A DNA stretch of 20,000 nucleotides, taken from the IMG/VR virus record IMGVR_UViG_3300027896_000016; one strand, 5' to 3'. Position 1 is the first letter of the stretch. Every line of letters begins with the position of its first letter. Shown here piece after piece: positions 14,358 through 20,000 of this stretch. The translations under genes were made by a program, and so were the position numbers. This DNA is from an uncultured virus (IMG/VR IMGVR_UViG_3300027896_000016). Its lineage: Duplodnaviria; Heunggongvirae; Uroviricota; Caudoviricetes. The notes under the pieces are model-generated. The model did not search any database. It had not been told where the DNA came from and saw nothing but the letters and a program-made list of their open reading frames with translations.

Positions 14358-14427
14358 TCTTGCGTAATTGGCGACTTCCCGTGTGGCCCGGAGCCACATT
14401 CTCCCTCTCTCGCTGATTACGCAAGAT
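14357..14427 (+). ncRNA. Putative small RNA: 18-bp stem, pyrimidine-rich internal loop, apical hairpin
   Basis: ATCTTGCGTAATTGGCGA/TCGCTGATTACGCAAGAT (two G-U pairs), loop strands CTTCCC and TCTCCCTCTC, apical GTGTGGC/GCCACAT. Confidence 0.55.
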
Positions 14428-14440
14428 ATTTTAATTTCGC

Positions 14441-14514
14441 GGGACGGTAGCTCAGGGGTTTAGAGCAATTGACTCATAATCAATCGGTCGTGGGTTCAAT
14501 TCCCACCCGTCCCA
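14441..14514 (+). tRNA. tRNA with CAT anticodon (elongator Met or Ile2)
   Basis: Acceptor GGGACGG/CCGTCCC+A, anticodon arm ATTGA-CTCATAA-TCAAT, T arm GTGGG-TTCAATT-CCCAC. Paired 1-72 and no GGG/CCC anticodon stem, so not an initiator. Confidence 0.9.
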
Positions 14515-14539
14515 CTAGCCATTTAAGGAGAAAAATAAA

Positions 14540-14731
14540 ATGAAAACATACAAGGTTCAAAAGAAAGTTAAGAAAGAGAACATAGCAAAATGGCATACGG
14601 TTTACGAACGAGAATTTTTGACACAGGCCCAAGAACTATTTAATATGTGCCGGGAAAAGATGACTTCTGGTGAATGGATAAGATTAATTACTAGTGAAGA
14701 TGAAGTTTTGAATGAATGTCAGACTTTGTAA
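14540..14731 (+). CDS. Hypothetical protein between tRNAs
   Basis: AAGGAGAAA RBS. Confidence 0.75.
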   Translation: MKTYKVQKKVKKENIAKWHTVYEREFLTQAQELFNMCREKMTSGEWIRLITSEDEVLNECQTL

Positions 14732-14738
14732 TTTTTAT

Positions 14739-14816
14739 GGGACCGTAGCTCAGTTGGTTTAGAGCAAGAAATTTTTAATTTCTAGGTCGAGAGTTCGATT
14801 CTCTCCGGTCCCACCA
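14739..14816 (+). tRNA. trnK: tRNA-Lys(TTT), CCA encoded
   Basis: Acceptor GGGACCG/CGGTCCC+ACCA, anticodon arm AGAAA-TTTTTAA-TTTCT, T arm GAGAG-TTCGATT-CTCTC. Confidence 0.9.
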
Positions 14817-14837
14817 GCAAAAAAGGATGTATACAAA

Positions 14838-15428
14838 ATGAATGAAGAATGGGTTCCGCGGGTAATTAGAAAAACTGCATCAATAGGAAGATATACTTTT
14901 GCAGTAGTACCAGAACATCCTAGAAAATATGAGCATGATTATGTTTTAGAACATGTTATTGTAATGGAAAATCATTTAAAAAGATTATTAATGGAAGGAG
15001 AAATTGTTCATCATATTGATAATAACGGAAAAAATAATGAAATAGAAAATTTAGAATTAAAATCGAAATCAAAACATACAATTCATCATAAATTTTTGCG
15101 AAATGATTATGGAAGAAAAATGTTTATGTTTAGATGTCCAAATTGTTTAAAAATCTGTATAAGACAAAAAATTCATAAAACTTCATATAGATATGGAAAG
15201 GGATTAGATTTTTGTTCAAGAAATTGTTCAGGAGAATATTATCCTAGACTTAGAAAATATAATTTATTAAGAGATCAACTTGCCGCAAAGATAAATTTTG
15301 TAAAAGAATTTAAACAAATAACTGAAGAAAATTATTCAAAATATACCCTTAGAATGGGAGAAAGCCACGATACTGTAAATCCGGGTTCGATTCCCGCCGG
15401 TCCCACTATGCCAATGGGCCTTAGATAA
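14838..15428 (+). CDS. HNH homing endonuclease with C-terminal Zn-binding region
   Basis: YVLEHVIVMENHLKRLLMEGEIVHHIDNNGKNNEIENL HNH motif, CPNC...FCSRNC, visibly AT-rich relative to its flanks. Confidence 0.9.
   Translation: MNEEWVPRVIRKTASIGRYTFAVVPEHPRKYEHDYVLEHVIVMENHLKRLLMEGEIVHHIDNNGKNNEIENLELKSKSKHTIHHKFLRNDYGRKMFMFRCPNCLKICIRQKIHKTSYRYGKGLDFCSRNCSGEYYPRLRKYNLLRDQLAAKINFVKEFKQITEENYSKYTLRMGESHDTVNPGSIPAGPTMPMGLR
15381..15405 (+). pseudogene. tRNA 3'-half remnant (T arm + acceptor 3' strand)
   Basis: CGGG-TTCGATT-CCCG followed by CGGTCCCA, the same acceptor strand as tRNA-Lys. No adjacent D arm or 5' strand. Confidence 0.7.
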
Positions 15429-15443
15429 GGAAAGGAAAAGACT

Positions 15444-15611
15444 ATGATACTTACCCAAGATTGGTATGAATCCCGAAAAGGTTGGATAGTGACAATCTTT
15501 ACCGCCAGCGTTGTCCGCTTTGACCACAAAGACCGCGCCAAAGCCCAAGAATTCGTGCGGCAAGAAGAGAAAAAAGGACATAAGGTCGAGGTTCGCCCGG
15601 TTATTGACTAA
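15444..15611 (+). CDS. 55-aa hypothetical protein (not in the ORF track)
   Basis: AAGGAAAGGA RBS, MILTQDWYESRKGWIVTIF...EVRPVID*, followed by a terminator. Confidence 0.7.
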   Translation: MILTQDWYESRKGWIVTIFTASVVRFDHKDRAKAQEFVRQEEKKGHKVEVRPVID

Positions 15612-15625
15612 CCTATGCTATAAAT

Positions 15626-15667
15626 TGCCCTTTCTATGGCTAGATTTGCCCTGGAAAGGGCATTTTT
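15626..15667 (+). terminator. Intrinsic terminator-like hairpin
   Basis: TGCCCTTTCTA...TGGAAAGGGCA plus T-tract. Confidence 0.65.
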
Positions 15668-15713
15668 GTTTGTCAATTTGACAAGAAAACGGTCATGTAG
15701 AAAGGACTGACAA

Positions 15714-16076
15714 ATGGCGTCACAAAAGAAAAAGTTAAAAAATAGCCAAAAAGTACTTGACTTTTCGCAATCCGATTGTATAGTTCTATTGGAATTGCTG
15801 ACTGACCCCAAGCTCCTTGAAAATCGAATCAGAGACGAAAACCTTGCACAATGTGAGTGCCAACTGCACAAAGTCCCATGCCACGGGCCAGTCTTGATGA
15901 TTGTGAAACATGAAGATAAAGAAATTAAAGTATGTCCAAGGTGTACATCAAAAGACGATCAATTGATTAAAATAGTACCAGTAAAAGATCATCAATGGCC
16001 CATTTTTATAGCATGGTTCCTTTCCGGGTCTAATATCGAAGTAGCTGCAAGAGAGTTGCGCCAATGCAAAACTTAG
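15714..16076 (+). CDS. Hypothetical Cys/His-containing protein
   Basis: AAAGGA RBS, CEC..H..CHG...CPRC. Confidence 0.75.
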   Translation: MASQKKKLKNSQKVLDFSQSDCIVLLELLTDPKLLENRIRDENLAQCECQLHKVPCHGPVLMIVKHEDKEIKVCPRCTSKDDQLIKIVPVKDHQWPIFIAWFLSGSNIEVAARELRQCKT

Positions 16077-16894
16077 AATTAATTGCCTTAATCGGCAAAT
16101 TGTCAAAATTAGATAGAGAAAGATTATTCGGTCTATTTGAAAAGAAGTTTTTGCGAAAACCTGAATTGCAGTCAAATCAGGAAATTATTAAAGCAATCGT
16201 TATGTATCTAATGGTCGAAGAAGTAATAAATAAAAACGATTATATAGGATCGGGCCTATTAAATGACGCCAAAAATAGTTTTGCGCCATTTCAAGAAGGA
16301 AGTGAATTAACTAGGATCGAAAAAATAGTAGATTTGGAATGGCAAAAACGTTCTGGTGAAACTGAAAAACCAATCACACAAAAATCGCCCAAACCTGTTT
16401 ATGTTAAAGATTCAGAACTGGCCAAAAGATCATGGCAAGAGAAAAGAGAGGAAATAAAGGTAAGAAATACAGAAGAAATAGAAAAGAACGGCAATCCTGT
16501 AATATGGGGAAGACCCGGAAGCGCCGAAAGAATTATTTTAACGGAATTAAAAAATGGTTCGATACTTTCGGAAATTGCATTTAAACTTATAGAAAAAGGA
16601 TTTTACAACATAAATGAAAAAGATAGAGCATTTGCTAGAGTAAGATCAACATTTTATCATAGAATAAAAGGTGGTGGAAGTGGAATACTTTATAAATGGA
16701 AAAAAGACGAAAATAAGAAAATAACAGTTTGGTGGGACGGCGAATTTACAGACAGTGTAATTGGTGAGCAAACAAAACAAAAATTTCTCCGGTGGACGGA
16801 GAAGGACGGGGCAAATAAGCCCCAAATTAAGGAAGGAGTAGTAAAAGATGGCGACAAAGACGGCAGATCTCAAGAAGGAATTGGACAAGGTTAA
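16064..16894 (+). CDS. Hypothetical protein
   Basis: 276-aa ORF overlapping both neighbours, consistent with translational coupling. Confidence 0.8.
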   Translation: MQNLELIALIGKLSKLDRERLFGLFEKKFLRKPELQSNQEIIKAIVMYLMVEEVINKNDYIGSGLLNDAKNSFAPFQEGSELTRIEKIVDLEWQKRSGETEKPITQKSPKPVYVKDSELAKRSWQEKREEIKVRNTEEIEKNGNPVIWGRPGSAERIILTELKNGSILSEIAFKLIEKGFYNINEKDRAFARVRSTFYHRIKGGGSGILYKWKKDENKKITVWWDGEFTDSVIGEQTKQKFLRWTEKDGANKPQIKEGVVKDGDKDGRSQEGIGQG

Positions 16895-17183
16895 TCTCGG
16901 TGGCGAGAAGGTAAAGCGGACTCGAAAGAAAATGGAAGTTCTTTCGCCCGCCAAGTGGAAGAAAGCGCAAAAAGAGGCCGGTGCGGATAAGGCTAAGTTG
17001 ACTTGGGCGAATTACTGGATTGATTACTGGCTTCCGACCGCACAGAAGTATGCCGAAGTTATGAGCAAGACGCCGCCGATTCCGCCCGCGATGACCCCGG
17101 AGCGCGTTGACGAGCGCATTAAGAAGGCTACGGAGAGACTGGCGAAACTGGAAGAGCTTAAGAAGTCTTTGGCGAAAGGCTAA
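16848..17183 (+). CDS. Basic hypothetical protein
   Basis: Strong AAGGAG RBS, Lys-rich, followed by a terminator. Confidence 0.8.
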   Translation: MATKTADLKKELDKVNLGGEKVKRTRKKMEVLSPAKWKKAQKEAGADKAKLTWANYWIDYWLPTAQKYAEVMSKTPPIPPAMTPERVDERIKKATERLAKLEELKKSLAKG

Positions 17184-17213
17184 TATCGGAAAGAAGTAAT
17201 CTATCGCCCCTCG

Positions 17214-17244
17214 AATCCCCCTGTAGCAATGCAGGGGGATTTTT
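17214..17244 (+). terminator. Intrinsic terminator (divergent CCCC-family member, GCAA tetraloop)
   Basis: AATCCCCCTGTA-GCAA-TGCAGGGGGATT plus T-tract. Confidence 0.8.
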
Positions 17245-17272
17245 ATTTGTATAGGCAATTTGGAGGGAAATA

Positions 17273-18070
17273 ATGCCGATTAAATTAAGTCCAAGTAGAA
17301 TTAGTTTATATATTAGTTGTCCAATGAAATATTTCTTCAAATATATTAAAAAATTATTAATAGTTCCAAACGTTAACCTATTTAGTGGTTCTATGGTACA
17401 TAAAATGGCTGAACTGGATTATAAAAACAAACTATTAAATAAACAATTATTGAATTTAGATAGCTTAAAGAAAAATTTTAAAGAATATTGGAACAAAGGT
17501 CAAACGGATCGTGAAGAAAAAACAACAGCCACTATTGAGGAAATATTGAAAACAAGCACTTCTACAGAAGAATCTGTCAAAAAGATGATTATTGGTTGCG
17601 TATTTAGTTATAGAAACAAAATTGCTCAATTTGTTGAGCCGGCTTATGTTGAACAAGAACTTACTTATGAAGAAAATAATATTTTGATGACATGTTACAC
17701 AGATATCATTGATGAAGATGAGTCTATTCGAGATATTAAAACTAGTAAGGAGTTTTATAAAGAAGATGAAATAAATAAAAGTATTGCTTTACCTATTTAC
17801 AATCATGGTTATTATAAAAAATTTGGAAGATATCCAAAATATAATGTTTTAGATATTATTATCAAAAATTCAGAGAAAACACAGATATTAACCAAGAAAG
17901 TAGAACAAAAAGATATTGATTTTGCGTTAAATAACGCCATTATAATCGCAAGGGCAATTTCAAATGGAATTTTTTACAGAAGGGAGGTTAAAAAAGGAGA
18001 CTGGACTTGTAATTATTGTGACTATAAAATTCAATGCGCAAATTGGAATGGAAATTTAGATTACAAATAA
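17273..18070 (+). CDS. PD-(D/E)XK nuclease, Cas4/RecB/AddB-like
   Basis: LSPSRISLYISCPMKYF, GSMVH, TDII...IRDIKT, and C-terminal CNYCDYKIQC (one N-terminal plus three C-terminal Cys, the Fe-S staple pattern). Confidence 0.85.
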   Translation: MPIKLSPSRISLYISCPMKYFFKYIKKLLIVPNVNLFSGSMVHKMAELDYKNKLLNKQLLNLDSLKKNFKEYWNKGQTDREEKTTATIEEILKTSTSTEESVKKMIIGCVFSYRNKIAQFVEPAYVEQELTYEENNILMTCYTDIIDEDESIRDIKTSKEFYKEDEINKSIALPIYNHGYYKKFGRYPKYNVLDIIIKNSEKTQILTKKVEQKDIDFALNNAIIIARAISNGIFYRREVKKGDWTCNYCDYKIQCANWNGNLDYK

Positions 18071-18111
18071 TTTTAAAGAAAATAAGGTCAAATTTTTGAT
18101 CAATTTGTGAA

Positions 18112-18300
18112 CTAATTAACAGCCGCCTTTAAATATAACGGTTCAGAATGTCCTAGCCAATAGGCAACTTTCTGACGTAAGTGTTAATTAGACAGCTTGT
18201 AACTGAACAGCCTAATCCGTGGTAGGATGAAACACATTGGAGATGCCACCCTAGTTTCCATTCCCTGTGACTGTCAGTGTCGAAGGGTTGTATAGATGAT
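18112..18300 (+). ncRNA. omegaRNA scaffold of IsrB (boundaries approximate)
   Basis: Non-coding region directly upstream of isrB with a CTAATTAAC/GTTAATTAG stem, GGAGATGCCACCCTAGTTTCC, and GTCGAAGGGT able to pair with ACCCT, as in IscB/IsrB omegaRNAs. Confidence 0.7.
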
Positions 18301-18353
18301 AGAGTTTTCTTTGAATTACTTATAATAATTCAAGGAATTTTGGAGAAACAAAA

Positions 18354-19394
18354 TTGAAGAAAGTAATGGTTCCGGTAGTAGACAAAAATAATAAACCACT
18401 TATGCCAACTACTTGTTGGAGAGCTTCCAAATGGATTAAGTCTAGAAAGGCTACTCCATTTTGGAAACACGGTATATTTTGTGTAAGATTGAATGTTGAA
18501 CCTTCAGCAAGAAATATTCAACCAATAGTAGTTGGTATTGATCCAGGCAGTAAAAGAGAGGCATTTACGGTTAAGTCAAAAAAGAATACATATTTGAATA
18601 TTTTGACACATGCTGTTACTTGGGTTAAAGATGCAATTAAAACGCGAAGAAGTGCTCGTAAAAGACGTAAATATAGAAAAACTCCATATAAAAAATCTAA
18701 AGAAAATAGAAAAAGAGGAAATTTACCACCCTCCACCAAGACTAGGTGGCAGTTAAAATTTAGAATTATTAATAAGCTTATTAAAATCTTTCCGATTTCC
18801 CAATTTGTTATAGAAGATATTAAGGCTAAAAAGAAAAGTGGAAATAAAAAATGGAATTCTAATTTTAGTCCTTTAGAAACTGGTAAAAAGTGGTTTTATG
18901 AAGAACTTGGGAAAATTGCTCCCGTCAAACTCATGCAAGGTTGGGAAACATGTAATTTAAGAAATCAGCTTATGCTAGAAAAAAGTTGTTTAAAATTAAC
19001 AGAAGAGTTTTCTGCCCATAATGTTGATAGTTGGGTATTAGCATGGAGTGCAGTTGGTGGAAAAGAAGAACCAGATAATGAATCTTTATTAATTATTGTT
19101 CCGTTAAGGTTTCATCGAAGACAATTACATTATTTACAATTTTCTAAAAATGGAAAGCGTAGACCTTATGGTGGAACAAGAAGTTTAGGATTAAAACGAG
19201 GAAGTTTAGTGGATCATTCAGGATATGGACTTTGTTATATTGGAGGAACATCCAAGGGTATGATAAGTTTACATTCACTTGTAGATGGTGAAAGGATTTG
19301 TCAAAAAGCAAAATTAGAGGAAATTAAATTTAAATGTTATAGTAGTTTTAGATTCTACAGAAAGGAGGATATCACAGATCCCTTTGTTGCTTAA
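18354..19394 (+). CDS. isrB: IsrB (OMEGA RNA-guided nickase; PLMP/RRXRR + split RuvC, no HNH), IS200/IS605 superfamily
   Basis: KPLMPT, RuvC-I VGIDPGSK, Arg-rich bridge helix RRSARKRRKYRK, RuvC-II VIEDI, RuvC-III AHNVDS. 346 aa with no HNH or CxxC insert. Confidence 0.85.
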   Translation: MKKVMVPVVDKNNKPLMPTTCWRASKWIKSRKATPFWKHGIFCVRLNVEPSARNIQPIVVGIDPGSKREAFTVKSKKNTYLNILTHAVTWVKDAIKTRRSARKRRKYRKTPYKKSKENRKRGNLPPSTKTRWQLKFRIINKLIKIFPISQFVIEDIKAKKKSGNKKWNSNFSPLETGKKWFYEELGKIAPVKLMQGWETCNLRNQLMLEKSCLKLTEEFSAHNVDSWVLAWSAVGGKEEPDNESLLIIVPLRFHRRQLHYLQFSKNGKRRPYGGTRSLGLKRGSLVDHSGYGLCYIGGTSKGMISLHSLVDGERICQKAKLEEIKFKCYSSFRFYRKEDITDPFVA

Positions 19395-19503
19395 AACAAT
19401 AATTTTAGTAAATACGCTATAAGCCAGCAAAACCTATAGAAACAAAATAATGGCTCTATAAGACTAGACTATATGTGCCCGTAGTTAAGGGAGACTTTTA
19501 GAA

Positions 19504-20000
19504 ATGGTTATTATGAAAGTCGGTTCTTCGAGTTCAGATTGGGAAACTCGTCCGCTCATGAACACAGATGAGTTTTTAAAGGCAAAGTGTACAGACTGGA
19601 AGGAAAAGAAACAAAAGGCGTATCAGTCTGAAGAGATGGAAGATCATATTATTTTATCGTTTGATATTATTGATGCAGAAGTTAAATTTACCGATCAAGC
19701 CGATAATCCTATTGATCCAGGGCCGGATCGTGGCGACATTTGCAAAGTTTGGGCAAATGTTCGAAAATCGCTACATCCCAAGAGTACGTTGTATAAGTAC
19801 TCTTGTGAAATATTGAATAAAGAACTGAAAGAAGGCGAAGAATTAGACCTAGATGAATTGAAAGGCAAGTATTGCAAAGTGCTTTTAGTTACTAAACCGA
19901 GAAAGAATGAGAAAGGTGATACCTACAAAGCCCAAAATATCAGCATAATTAAGTCTTACAAAGACACTACATCAGCAACGGTAGCCAAGGCGGCAAAGGA
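19504..20000 (+). CDS. Truncated phage single-stranded DNA-binding-like (OB-fold) protein
   Basis: Hand-translated from ATG 19504 (AAGGGAG RBS), open to the window end: ...HIILSFDII...SLHPKSTLYKY...ELDLDELKGKYCKVLL..., a pattern typical of phage SSB-like proteins. Lies near the exonuclease gene. Confidence 0.6.
   Translation, partial: MVIMKVGSSSSDWETRPLMNTDEFLKAKCTDWKEKKQKAYQSEEMEDHIILSFDIIDAEVKFTDQADNPIDPGPDRGDICKVWANVRKSLHPKSTLYKYSCEILNKELKEGEELDLDELKGKYCKVLLVTKPRKNEKGDTYKAQNISIIKSYKDTTSATVAKAAK

Noticed and set aside
15340..15410. tmRNA 3' end, or second exon of an intron-split tRNA
   Set aside because: No G3-U70 alanine acceptor or matching tmRNA 5' end is seen, tRNA-Lys upstream is already complete, and no group I core is recognisable around the HNH ORF.
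17273..18070. Cas4 as part of a CRISPR adaptation module
   Set aside because: No cas1/cas2 or array. Solo Cas4/RecB-like nucleases near SSB genes are ordinary phage recombination genes.
18354..19394. IscB or Cas9
   Set aside because: No HNH domain between RuvC-II and RuvC-III, and the length of 346 aa fits IsrB.
5026..19877. Remaining minus-strand and alternate-frame ORFs in the rightward region
   Set aside because: They are shadows of well-supported + strand genes that have clear RBSs.
1..20000. Stop-codon reassignment
   Set aside because: Genes pack tightly under the standard code, TAA, TAG and TGA all end genes, and there is no suppressor tRNA.

Overview
This window looks like part of a bacteriophage (or prophage) genome, and it uses the standard genetic code. 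A leftward operon (1-2995) encodes a large coiled-coil protein, an acidic protein, a tandem Com-like Zn-ribbon protein and a truncated, possibly transglutaminase-like, protein. A ~1.1 kb divergent control region follows, with two promoters sharing an unusual GGTCTAATGG -10 region, palindromic CTACC-N4-GGTAG boxes and a highly structured ~420-nt leader. The rest is a long rightward early/accessory region of mostly small genes, many preceded by an AAAGGAGAAA RBS and separated by a family of related CCCCGRTAG...CTATCGGGG terminator-like hairpins. Recognisable genes there are a Ycf46-like AAA+ ATPase with DUF2997/DUF1257-like partners, a stand-alone RAMP/Cas7-like protein, three tRNAs (Leu-TAA, CAT, Lys-TTT), an HNH endonuclease overlapping a tRNA 3'-half remnant, a Cas4/RecB-like PD-(D/E)XK nuclease, an IsrB with an upstream omegaRNA and a truncated SSB-like gene. 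The most striking unexplained signal is a set of intergenic structured RNAs. Two tandem homologous copies of a four-way-junction RNA carry a covarying kissing-loop pair (TTACAG/CTGTAA vs TTGCAG/CTGCAA), and a third rearranged relative lies at 8359-8484. All protein family calls come from motif recognition by eye, not from database searches.
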